Assembly: GCA_016292515.1 (NCBI GenBank)
Contig: JAEDIJ010000006.1
Coordinates: 295-64,294 of the forward strand
From: Victivallaceae bacterium
Lineage (GTDB): Bacteria > Verrucomicrobiota > Lentisphaeria > Victivallales > Victivallaceae
Length of the DNA: 64,000 nt
Direction of reading: 5' to 3'
The translations under genes were made by a program, and so were the position numbers. Shown piece after piece: positions 17,773 through 26,241 of this stretch. How positions within the stretch are numbered: the stretch's first letter is position 1; every line of letters starts with the position of its first letter. The notes under the pieces are model-generated. The model did not search any database. It worked only from the letters and a program-made list of their open reading frames with translations, and was not told where the DNA came from.

Positions 17773-18558
17773 TTAACGATAGTTTTCCCATTTGCGGTCG
17801 TGGGCGAAAACCCAGTCGTAATACTCCCGCATCGTCAATTCGGCGGCGGCTTCCTCGTCGAGAATGACGATCGCGTGCTGATGCAGTTGCAGCGCGCTCG
17901 CCGTCACCATCGACGAAACAGGACCCTCGATCGCCTTGGCGGCGATGGCGGCCTTGCTCTTGCCGGTGATCAGCAGCAACGCCTGTTTGGCGTCGAGAAT
18001 GGTGCCGACGCCCATCGTGAACGCGCTCATCGGCATCGATTCGGGAGGATTGAAATAGATCGAATTCTGCCGCCACGTTTCCGGGGTCAACGCCTTGTCA
18101 CGGGTGCGCGAGGCGAAGGAGGAAAGCGGTTCGTTGAAACCGATATGACCGTCGCGGCCGATGCCGAGCAATTGCAGATCGACGCCGCCCGCCGCCTTGA
18201 TCGCTTTTTCATAACGCTCGCCCTCGGCGGCGTAATCCTTGGCGAGACCGTCGGGCAGATTGGTTTTCGCCTTGTCGATGTTGATGTGATCGAAAAGGTG
18301 ATGATTCATATAGTAACGGTAACTGTTGGGATCATCGGGGCCGAGCCCGATGTACTCGTCGAGGTTGAAACTGGTGACTTGGGAAAAATCGACTTCTCCC
18401 GCCTGATACATTTTGACGAGGTCGGCGTAGACCGCCTCCATCGTGGCGCCGGTGGCGAGGCCGAGGTTGCACGCGGGTTTCGCCTTGACGAGATCGGCGA
18501 TCAGCTGCGCGGTGAGTTTGACCGCATCCGCGGTCGTCGGACGAACGATGACTTCCAT
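17773..18558 (-). CDS. nagB: glucosamine-6-phosphate deaminase
   Basis: LGLATGATMEAVYADLV, FNLDEYIGL and GIGRDGHIGFNEP motifs. ATG 18558 has a GGAGGA RBS; the track start at 18573 lies inside that RBS. Confidence 0.92.
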   Translation of the reverse strand: MEVIVRPTTADAVKLTAQLIADLVKAKPACNLGLATGATMEAVYADLVKMYQAGEVDFSQVTSFNLDEYIGLGPDDPNSYRYYMNHHLFDHINIDKAKTNLPDGLAKDYAAEGERYEKAIKAAGGVDLQLLGIGRDGHIGFNEPLSSFASRTRDKALTPETWRQNSIYFNPPESMPMSAFTMGVGTILDAKQALLLITGKSKAAIAAKAIEGPVSSMVTASALQLHQHAIVILDEEAAAELTMREYYDWVFAHDRKWENYR

Positions 18559-18674
18559 AATAAAATCCTCCAAATAAGGGTTGTCGATTGCTTTTGCTTA
18601 AAAATAATTCACTTCGGATGCGTTGTCAATCGGATTTGTCAAAATCGGCAAATCATTTGCCGAAATATCCATGA

Positions 18675-18965
18675 TTAAAGGATCATTTTTACGCCGGGGA
18701 CGGCGGCGAGTTCCCGGCTGATTGCGTTGAGCGTGATGCGGTCGGGCATCATCATTTTGGCGCAAAGTGCCTGATATTTTCCCTGCTTGGATGTTTCCTT
18801 GCGTTCGATTTCGGGATTTTCGCCGAAGCGGAGAAAGACGCCTTTGAGATCGGCAACGGTCTCTTCCAACTGATCGGCCATCGCAATGATGCGGAATTCC
18901 CATTGTGCCGGAAATTTGATCTCCTGCTTGGGAGCGGGCGCGGGTTTGAAAGGGACGTTCATCAT
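18675..18965 (-). CDS. DUF493 (YbeD-like) family protein
   Basis: 96 aa with FPAQWEFRIIA resembling the YbeD FPCxFxFKVIG signature. The start overlaps the nifS stop (ATGATGA). Confidence 0.55.
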   Translation of the reverse strand: MMNVPFKPAPAPKQEIKFPAQWEFRIIAMADQLEETVADLKGVFLRFGENPEIERKETSKQGKYQALCAKMMMPDRITLNAISRELAAVPGVKMIL

Positions 18966-20146
18966 TTCCCCCAGTACGGCGAAATTTCGCGCAACCGCGC
19001 GATGATCGGCACGAGTTTTTCGGCGGTGAAATCGAGTTCGGCTTGCGTGTTGTACTTGGAAAGGCTGAAACGGATCGTGCCGTGCGCGGCGTTGTAGGGG
19101 ATATTCATCGCCCGCATCACGTGCGACGGTTCAAGACTTCCCGTCGTGCAGGCGGAACCGCTCGAAGCGCAGATGCCGAATTGATCGAGCAGCATTAAAA
19201 TCGATTCCCCCTCGATGTCCTCGAAACTCACCGATGCCGTGTTGGGCAGACGGTGCTCCAAGTCGCCGTTGATGCGGATCTTGGGGATCGACGCTTTGAG
19301 TTTGGCTTCAAACGCATCGCGGAGCGAAGCGAGATAGCGGATCTCGTCGGGGAGGGCGGCTTTTGCCATTTGGCAGGCTTTGCCGAGAGCAATGATCGAA
19401 GCGACGTTTTCGGTGCCGCCGCGACGCATCTTTTCCTGATGACCGCCGAGGATGAGCGGCGTAAAGGGAATTCCCCGCCGCGCAAAGAGAACTCCGACGC
19501 CTTTGGGGGCGTGGAGTTTGTGTCCCGATATCGAGAGGAAATCAAATTGATCGCGGTCGACGTCGATCTCGATCTTACCCGCCGCCTGTACCGCGTCGGT
19601 ATGGAAATAAGCACCGGCTTCGTGCGCGAGACGGCAGAGTTCGGCGACCGGAAAGATCGTGCCGGTCTCGTTGTTGGCGTACATCATCGAAACGACCGCG
19701 GTATTGCCGTCGAGCGCGGCGCGGAAATCATCCATTTTAAGCCGCCCCTGTCCGTCGACGCCGATTTTGACGATCTCGTAATTCTGCCGGGCGAGTTCAT
19801 CGAGATAGTGGTTGATGCCGGGATGCTCCACCGCCGAAGTGATGATTTTCGTTTTGCCGCACGCGGCGCGGACGGCGCATTGAAGCGCGGTGTTGTCGCT
19901 CTCGGTGCCGCAACTGGTGAAAACGATCTCGGTGGCGTTGCCGTCCTTATTGCGGTATTTTGCCCCGATGAGGTCGGCGACGGCGCAACGGGCTTTTTCG
20001 ATTTCGGAAGCGACGCTGCCGCCGAAGCGGTGAATGCTCGACGGATTGCCGTAACGCTCGCAGAAATAGGGACGCATCGCTTCAAAAACTTCCGGCGCGA
20101 CCCGGGTGGTCGCGTTGTTGTCCAGATAGATCGTATCATTTGGCAT
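18962..20146 (-). CDS. nifS: cysteine desulfurase (NifS/IscS family)
   Basis: IYLDNNATT, YGNPSSIH, PLP-lysine motif SISGHKLHAPKG and catalytic-Cys loop SSGSACTTG. Start chosen at ATG 20146 (MPNDTIYLD); upstream starts up to 20212 are possible. Confidence 0.9.
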   Translation of the reverse strand: MPNDTIYLDNNATTRVAPEVFEAMRPYFCERYGNPSSIHRFGGSVASEIEKARCAVADLIGAKYRNKDGNATEIVFTSCGTESDNTALQCAVRAACGKTKIITSAVEHPGINHYLDELARQNYEIVKIGVDGQGRLKMDDFRAALDGNTAVVSMMYANNETGTIFPVAELCRLAHEAGAYFHTDAVQAAGKIEIDVDRDQFDFLSISGHKLHAPKGVGVLFARRGIPFTPLILGGHQEKMRRGGTENVASIIALGKACQMAKAALPDEIRYLASLRDAFEAKLKASIPKIRINGDLEHRLPNTASVSFEDIEGESILMLLDQFGICASSGSACTTGSLEPSHVMRAMNIPYNAAHGTIRFSLSKYNTQAELDFTAEKLVPIIARLREISPYWGK

Positions 20147-20296
20147 TTTTGCTGAATCTCCGCTTTTGCAGTTGTCATTCATAAAATAAATCATCTTTTT
20201 TGCAAAAGTCAACCCTTTTTCGGTTGATAAATCGCGGGAAAACGGTTATTTTACGCAAGATGACGGAAAATCGCGTCATTTAAGGAAAGAACGGGG

Positions 20297-21382
20297 ATGA
20301 TTTATTTCGATCACGCAGCCGGAATGATGCCGCCGGAAGGGCTTTATCTGCGCTACTTCGATCTGGTGCGGGAATTCGGCACCAACAGCGAGGCGGGGCA
20401 TCTGCTCGGCAGGCGCGCGCGTCAAGCTTTGGAGCATAGCGGCGAACGCGTCGTGCAGATGCTCGGCTTGAACGCCCGCTTCGGCGTGCTCTGGTTCGGC
20501 GGTGCGGCGGAGGCGTTTCAGTTTGTCGCATCGACGCCGCTGGTCAAAAACCGCCGCGTCGTTTCCTCGTATTTGGAGCATCCCGCCTTGCGCGCCGCGC
20601 TTTCCGGTTCGGCGGAAAGCGTTTCGCTTCTGAAATGCGACGCGCAGGGCGCGTTGATCCTGCCGGAAACGCCCGTCAAAGCGTCGCTGGTCGCCATTCA
20701 TCAGTTGCAGAGCGAACTTGGCACGATGCCGGATTTTTCCGCGCTCCGCGCCGCGTTTCCCGATGCCGTGATCGCCGCCGACACGATCCAATCGGTCGGC
20801 AAAATGGCGTTGCCGCAGGAAGCGTCAATCGTTTTTTGCAGCGGGGGCAAGCTCGGTTCTCCCGCCGGCGGCGCGGCGTTGATCTACGACCGGGAGCATC
20901 CGGCATTGCGCGACTTCGAGGCGTTGCGTGCTGCGTGGCGCAAGGAGCGTTATATGATCGACAAACTTTACGCTCCCGAACTTTTTATGATCGAAACGGC
21001 ATTGGAGTTGAAATTGAAACAGCAGAAACTGGAAAAATTTCAGCTTGATCCGTTGAACCGTTTTTTGCGTGAAAGTTGCGCCGCGCTCGGCGCGGTGGCG
21101 ACGATCCCGGCGGAAAAAGCGCATGATTCCATTTTGCATCTGCACTTCCCCGGCAAACAGGGGGCGATCCTGGTGCGGATGCTTTCCGACGCCGATATCA
21201 TGGCTTCGGCGGGGAGCGCGTGCGCTTCCGAGAGCGATCAGCCCAGTCCGGCGATGCTCGCGCTCGGATTTTCCCGCGAGGAAGCATACAGCGGTTTGCG
21301 TTTGAGTTTTTCGCTTGCCAACAAAATGAATGAAGCGGAGCGTTTCGTCACGGCATTGGGTGAAGTGCTCCGCCGTTATTAA
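20297..21382 (+). CDS. divergent class-V aminotransferase / cysteine desulfurase-like protein
   Basis: Colinear with NifS but diverged: DHAAG replaces DNNATT, SGGKLG replaces SGHKLH (Lys kept), and SAGSACAS keeps the Cys loop. Divergently transcribed from nifS. Confidence 0.7.
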   Translation: MIYFDHAAGMMPPEGLYLRYFDLVREFGTNSEAGHLLGRRARQALEHSGERVVQMLGLNARFGVLWFGGAAEAFQFVASTPLVKNRRVVSSYLEHPALRAALSGSAESVSLLKCDAQGALILPETPVKASLVAIHQLQSELGTMPDFSALRAAFPDAVIAADTIQSVGKMALPQEASIVFCSGGKLGSPAGGAALIYDREHPALRDFEALRAAWRKERYMIDKLYAPELFMIETALELKLKQQKLEKFQLDPLNRFLRESCAALGAVATIPAEKAHDSILHLHFPGKQGAILVRMLSDADIMASAGSACASESDQPSPAMLALGFSREEAYSGLRLSFSLANKMNEAERFVTALGEVLRRY

Positions 21383-21401
21383 AAGAAAGGTTTTTACTGC
21401 G

Positions 21402-23021
21402 ATGTCCTCATTTTACGATCTCCTGCTCAACATCGGAGCCATTCTCTTCGTGATTTTTTCTCTCGGGTTCTGTATTTTTATTCACGAATTCGGTCACTTC
21501 GTCGCGGCGAAGTGGCGCGGACTGCACGTCGATGCTTTTTCTCTCGGATTCCGTCCTTTCTGGCGGAAAACTTTTCGCGGCGTCGAGTACCGGCTCGGAT
21601 ATCTGCCTTTCGGCGGCTACTGCGAGATCCCTCAGATCGACGCGACGGGCGATGTGCCCAAAGCGGCGGACGGTCGCGAACTGCCGCGCGCCAAGGCATT
21701 TGACCGCATCGTCACGGCATTGGCGGGTCCCGGATTCAATCTGCTTTCCGGCTTGCTGATCGCCGTCGTCGTCTGGGTGGTCGGGATCCCGCAGACCTCG
21801 CCCAAAATGCGCGAGATGACCGTGCGTGTGATCGACCCGACCGGGCCCGAATACGCCGCCGGATTGCGGGTCAACGACCGCATCGTCGAAGTGAACGGCA
21901 AAAAATTTCAGTACACTTGGAAAGAATTTCTGGAAGAAAATTTCTACGCCGTCGATCAGATGGAATTGACCGTCCTCCGCAATGGCGAAAGGCATAAGAT
22001 CGTTTACCGTCCGCGTCCCAATTCCCGCTTGGAAAACATCGCGGCGCCGAGTTTCGCCGTCGTCATCCCGATCGAACTTGTGCCGGAGCGCGGCGGCATC
22101 GCCGAAAAAGCGGGCATTCGCGCCGGCGATATCGTGATCTCCGTCGACGGCAGGGATATCCGCGACTTCACCGATTTTCAACTGGCGTTGAACCGGGCGG
22201 ACGGCAGAGCGGCGGAGATCCTCGTGCGCCGCGGCGATGCGGAGAAAAAAATCACCGTCTCGCCGAAGCGGCTTTCACAAGAGGGCAGGGCGATGCTGAT
22301 GATCTTAATGTCGGAAACGGGGAACGGTGCTGAAGTCCAACCTGCCGACCCCGACGGTGCCGCCGCCCGTGCCGGGATCCCCTCCGGCGCGACGCTGTTG
22401 CGCATCGGCGGCAAAAAAATCACGACTTGCGCCGACGTTTCCGCGGCGTTGGCGGACAATCGCGGGACGCCCGTCGAGATCACCTGGCAGGACGGCACCG
22501 GCATCGTTTCCGCCAGCGTGACCCCGGAATACCTCTATTCCTGCGGCATCGATGTCCAGATGATGTCGATCGACCATCCGACGCCGTGGGCGCAACTTGT
22601 CGGTACCTGTCAGATGAGCTGGCGCAGTCTCCGCGGCATCGCCGTCGGCATCGGGCATAAACTCGGCTGGACGGAAAAGCAAAGTTCTCTCAAAGTCGGT
22701 CATATGTCGGGACCGCTCGGCATCGGAATGGTCTTGTACGACTCGGTGCGTCACGGCTCGATCGCATTCGCGCTTTACTTCGTCGTCGTGATCTCGTTCG
22801 CGCTGGCGATCTTCAATCTGCTGCCGCTTCCGGTACTCGACGGCGGGCATATCTTTTTCGGCGTGATCGAAGCGGTTTTCCGCCGTCCGCTGCCGACGTG
22901 CGTCATCCGTTATATGTCCTACATATTTATGATTTTATTGCTCGCGCTGATGCTCTTTGTGACTTTTGCCGACGGCAAACGTTTTTATCATAAATATATT
23001 CCCGTGGAGAGCAAAAAATGA
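21402..23021 (+). CDS. rseP: RIP metalloprotease RseP (site-2 protease, M50)
   Basis: HEFGHF zinc motif in TM1, PDZ-like central repeats, and the NLLPLPVLDGGH motif. Start at ATG 21402. Confidence 0.9.
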   Translation: MSSFYDLLLNIGAILFVIFSLGFCIFIHEFGHFVAAKWRGLHVDAFSLGFRPFWRKTFRGVEYRLGYLPFGGYCEIPQIDATGDVPKAADGRELPRAKAFDRIVTALAGPGFNLLSGLLIAVVVWVVGIPQTSPKMREMTVRVIDPTGPEYAAGLRVNDRIVEVNGKKFQYTWKEFLEENFYAVDQMELTVLRNGERHKIVYRPRPNSRLENIAAPSFAVVIPIELVPERGGIAEKAGIRAGDIVISVDGRDIRDFTDFQLALNRADGRAAEILVRRGDAEKKITVSPKRLSQEGRAMLMILMSETGNGAEVQPADPDGAAARAGIPSGATLLRIGGKKITTCADVSAALADNRGTPVEITWQDGTGIVSASVTPEYLYSCGIDVQMMSIDHPTPWAQLVGTCQMSWRSLRGIAVGIGHKLGWTEKQSSLKVGHMSGPLGIGMVLYDSVRHGSIAFALYFVVVISFALAIFNLLPLPVLDGGHIFFGVIEAVFRRPLPTCVIRYMSYIFMILLLALMLFVTFADGKRFYHKYIPVESKK

Positions 23022-24109
23022 AGCGGCGTCAAACCCGGCAGATTTATTTGGGCAAAGTCGGCATCGGTTCCGATTTTCCCGTTTCGGTACAATCGATGGC
23101 GACCGTCCCGGTCGCGGAAACCGACCGTCTGATCGCGCAGGTCGAAAGACTTGCCGCGCGCGGATGCGATATCGTGAGGATCGCGCTCGACTCGGTCGAA
23201 GAAGCTCCGCTTTTTGCGGAAGTCTGCCGCGCCTCGCGCGTCCCCGTCGTCGCCGATATCCAGTTCTGCGCCGCCGCCGCCGCCGCCGCGATCCGCGCCG
23301 GAGCGGCGGGCGTGCGCGTCAACCCCGGACTTTTTCACGACGACGCCGAGTTGGAAGCGATGGCGCGTCTCGCTGTCGACAAGGGCGTCGCCGTCCGCGT
23401 CGGCGCCAATTCCGGCAGTATCGGCAAAGCCGCGGTCGAAAAGAAAATGGCAAACGGCATTTCTTTTACCGATGCGCTCGGCTCCGCTCTGGTCGAGGGA
23501 GCGTTGCGCCAGTGTGAGAAACTGGAATCTTTCGGCTTGTCCGCGATCAAAGTCGCCGTCAAGGCGAGCGACGTCGGCGTGACACTTGCCGCATACCGCG
23601 AATTTGCCGCGCGCACCGATTATCCGCTTCACGTCGGCGTGACGGAAGCCGGTACGCCCGCGATGGGGATCATCAAATCCAGCGTCGGCATCGGAACTTT
23701 GCTCAACGAAGGCATCGGCGATACGATCCGCGTCAGTCTGACCGCGCCGCCGGAGGAGGAAGTGACCGCCGCGATCCGCATTCTCGAAGCGTGCGGTCTG
23801 CGGGAGTCCTCCCCCGAGATCGTCAGTTGTCCCACTTGCGGGCGTACCGAAGTCAATCTTTTTTCTCTCGCGCAAAAAGTCGAAGCGATGATCGACGAGA
23901 TCAAAGCCTCCGGCAAAAAGATCGCCGTCAAAAAAATCGCCGTGATGGGATGTCCCGTCAACGGCCCCGGCGAAGCCCGCGAAGCCGATTTCGGCATCGC
24001 CGGCAGCCGCAACGGCAGCGTCCTCTTTTTTTCACACGGCAAAACGATCGGCGTTTTCAACGAAGACGAAGCCTTGCGCCAATTGCGCGCCGCGATCGAA
24101 ACAAAATGA
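23018..24109 (+). CDS. ispG: 4-hydroxy-3-methylbut-2-en-1-yl diphosphate synthase
   Basis: VGIGSDFPVSVQSM, CPTCGRT and GCPVNGPGEAREADFGIAG are typical of IspG/GcpE. ATGA overlap with rseP. Confidence 0.93.
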   Translation: MKRRQTRQIYLGKVGIGSDFPVSVQSMATVPVAETDRLIAQVERLAARGCDIVRIALDSVEEAPLFAEVCRASRVPVVADIQFCAAAAAAAIRAGAAGVRVNPGLFHDDAELEAMARLAVDKGVAVRVGANSGSIGKAAVEKKMANGISFTDALGSALVEGALRQCEKLESFGLSAIKVAVKASDVGVTLAAYREFAARTDYPLHVGVTEAGTPAMGIIKSSVGIGTLLNEGIGDTIRVSLTAPPEEEVTAAIRILEACGLRESSPEIVSCPTCGRTEVNLFSLAQKVEAMIDEIKASGKKIAVKKIAVMGCPVNGPGEAREADFGIAGSRNGSVLFFSHGKTIGVFNEDEALRQLRAAIETK

Positions 24110-24138
24110 CGCAATGGGAGCACGAGAGGCTGGTTCGC

Positions 24139-24345
24139 CTCCGCCAAGACTATGCCGCGCCCGATTGCCCGATGGGCGAGGCTCTCACGCTGATGTTTGT
24201 CTCGCCCTGCCGGGCGAAATAAAGGCGGAAACGGACGATAACGGACCAAAAGGTCCGTTAATGTCGGTTTTGTCCGTAAATGTCCGTAGAGGATGACAAC
24301 GCAGTTGCACTGCTCCCCGACCGGAATGTCGAAATATCAATAAAA
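24139..24345. repeat. mosaic palindromic intergenic element, diverged copy B
   Basis: CTCCGCCAAGACT (24139-24151) resembles 60660-60672. CTCTCACGC (24182-24190) equals 46221-46229. 17-nt arms 24231-24247 and 24252-24268 are 14/17 complementary around an AAAA loop. GTCCGT-type words recur at a period of about 10 (24253, 24263, 24272, 24282). Confidence 0.5.
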
Positions 24346-24397
24346 AAAAGGCGTTGCCCAACTTGACAACAACCCTTTTTTTTCTGTTTTTTCTTTT

Positions 24398-25930
24398 TTA
24401 TTCGTCGATCCGTTTCCCCGTATCGCGCTGGGTGATGACTTCACCGAGGTGGATCAACACGAAGCAGAGGATGCCGGAAACAAATCCGTAGACGGCACCG
24501 CAGGTCTGGGCGCGTTCAAAGAGATCGCTGTTGAGCAATTCTTCAAACGGCATATTGCTGCCGCAGGTGCTGACAAAGGTGTAGAAAAGCCACACCACCG
24601 TCGACGTGATCATCACGGTCCAGACGCAGGCTTTGCCGGTCTTGGGCGCGTAGAGCGCGATCATCACCGGCAGGAAAACGACGACCAATTGACTTGTCCA
24701 GCAGTTGATCATCAGTGCGTAAATGCTCTTGCAGGTAAAGGCGAGCAGGGTCGAAATGATCAGCAGGATGATCGTGACGATGCGGGTGCGGAACAACATG
24801 CTTTTGTCGTCGTCGGCGGGGAACCACGCTTCGATGATGTTGCGTACGAGCAACGAGGAACCGGCGAGCAATGAACTGTCGGCACTGCTCATGATCGCCG
24901 AGATCAGCGCGGCGAGGAAAAGCGTCATCAGGACGGGGTGGAGATTTCCGAGGATCGTGATCGCCATCCGCGGCATCACCTGATTGCTGTCGGCGATATC
25001 GGTGCCGAGAATGAAACGGGCGGTGAAACCGATCGTGATCGGAATGACGCCGATCATCAGATAGAGAAAGCCGGAAAGCACCGAACTTGAAATCGCGACC
25101 TGCTCGTCGCGGCTGGCGAGGGAACGCTGGATCAAGTCCTGACCGACCATACAGCCGAGTCCCATAATGATCCACGTACCGATATAGTAGGTCACATCGT
25201 TGATCGACTTGGGGCTGCCCCAACCGATCGAGAGATCGCCGGGATTGAGCCGGTCGACGACCGCGTTGAGCCCGCTCGCCTGCGAAATGGCAAAGGGCAT
25301 GATGATGACAAGTCCGATGATGAGCAAGCCGACTTGAAGCACGTCGGTGAGCGTCACCGCCCACATTCCGCCGCCGACCGTGTAGAGCAATACGACGATA
25401 GCACCGATCATCGTGCCCCAAAAGACGGAAATGCCGGTCAGGATATGGAGGATCGTTCCCATTCCGAGCACCTGCGCGGCGATCCAGCCGATGTAGACGG
25501 GGAGCATCCAGATCGAAGCGTAGACTCCCGCGCCCTGACCGAAGCGGTTGACGATGATGTCGGTGACCGTCATGCAGTTGTGTTTGCGGAGCAAACCGAC
25601 GATGAAAATGCCGGCGAGCAAAAGACTGATCGCGCCGCCGAAAGGATCGGCGATGACGCCGCGGATGCCGCCCTCATAGACGGTCGCCGCCACGCCCATA
25701 CTGGAACCGGCGCCGAACCACGTCGCGAGCAACGTCGCCGTCGCCATCCAGAGCGGCAGGCGTCTGCCCGCCACGAGGAAATCTTTCATCCCGTTGATTT
25801 TTCGACTCGACCAAAAACCGATCCCGAGCAGGACGACCATGTAGACGGCAATGCCGACCCACAACATCACTTTTGCCGGGTGATCGAGTTCCATCGATCC
25901 CGCCGCTGCGAGCAGAGAGAAATTGTTCAC
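24398..25930 (-). CDS. sodium:solute symporter (SSS family)
   Basis: 510 aa, about 13 TM. N-terminal FLVAGRRLPLWMATATLLATWFGAGSSMG is typical of SSS. GTG start at 25930. Confidence 0.85.
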   Translation of the reverse strand: MNNFSLLAAAGSMELDHPAKVMLWVGIAVYMVVLLGIGFWSSRKINGMKDFLVAGRRLPLWMATATLLATWFGAGSSMGVAATVYEGGIRGVIADPFGGAISLLLAGIFIVGLLRKHNCMTVTDIIVNRFGQGAGVYASIWMLPVYIGWIAAQVLGMGTILHILTGISVFWGTMIGAIVVLLYTVGGGMWAVTLTDVLQVGLLIIGLVIIMPFAISQASGLNAVVDRLNPGDLSIGWGSPKSINDVTYYIGTWIIMGLGCMVGQDLIQRSLASRDEQVAISSSVLSGFLYLMIGVIPITIGFTARFILGTDIADSNQVMPRMAITILGNLHPVLMTLFLAALISAIMSSADSSLLAGSSLLVRNIIEAWFPADDDKSMLFRTRIVTIILLIISTLLAFTCKSIYALMINCWTSQLVVVFLPVMIALYAPKTGKACVWTVMITSTVVWLFYTFVSTCGSNMPFEELLNSDLFERAQTCGAVYGFVSGILCFVLIHLGEVITQRDTGKRIDE

Positions 25931-25976
25931 TTCGTTTTCTTGTCCCTATTTTTTTGTTGGTTGATTTTGAGGGTGT

Positions 25977-26017
25977 AAAAAACCGGCATCACGCCCGAAT
26001 GGCTGAAGCCGGTTGAA
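25977..26017 (-). terminator. terminator-like hairpin inside the symporter leader (attenuator candidate)
   Basis: Minus strand reads AACCGGC-TTCAGCCATTCGGGCGTGAT-GCCGGTT followed by T6. It lies only 46 nt before the GTG start. Confidence 0.5.
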
Positions 26018-26173
26018 CAATCAAGACAGGACGGGAAAGCACGGCGCTCCTCCCGGCGTGCGAAGCCGGTAGTATTTCTGCACAGTTTTTGCGAACTGCG
26101 TCATACTGAAACGGGATGCCGCAAACATCATTGATTTTTCCCTGTTTTTATCGTTGCCTTTGAAAAACATCAT

Positions 26174-26201
26174 AATATAGGACTTTTTTCCGGAATTTCA
26201 A
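26174..26201 (-). promoter_or_regulatory. putative sigma-70 promoter for the symporter leader
   Basis: Minus strand reads TTGAAA (26196-26201), 16-nt spacer, TATATT (26174-26179). The -35 overlaps the palindrome CAATCCGGATTG (26199-26210). Confidence 0.45.
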
Positions 26202-26241
26202 TCCGGATTGTCCTTTGTGTGGCCAAAAAAAGGAAAATTTT

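Noticed and set aside
26015-26167. 51-codon ATG-initiated ORF (MMFFKGNDKNREKS...) inside the symporter leader as a leader peptide
   Set aside because: It would begin essentially at the predicted transcription start with no RBS. There is no run of regulatory codons. An RNA-structure explanation is more parsimonious.
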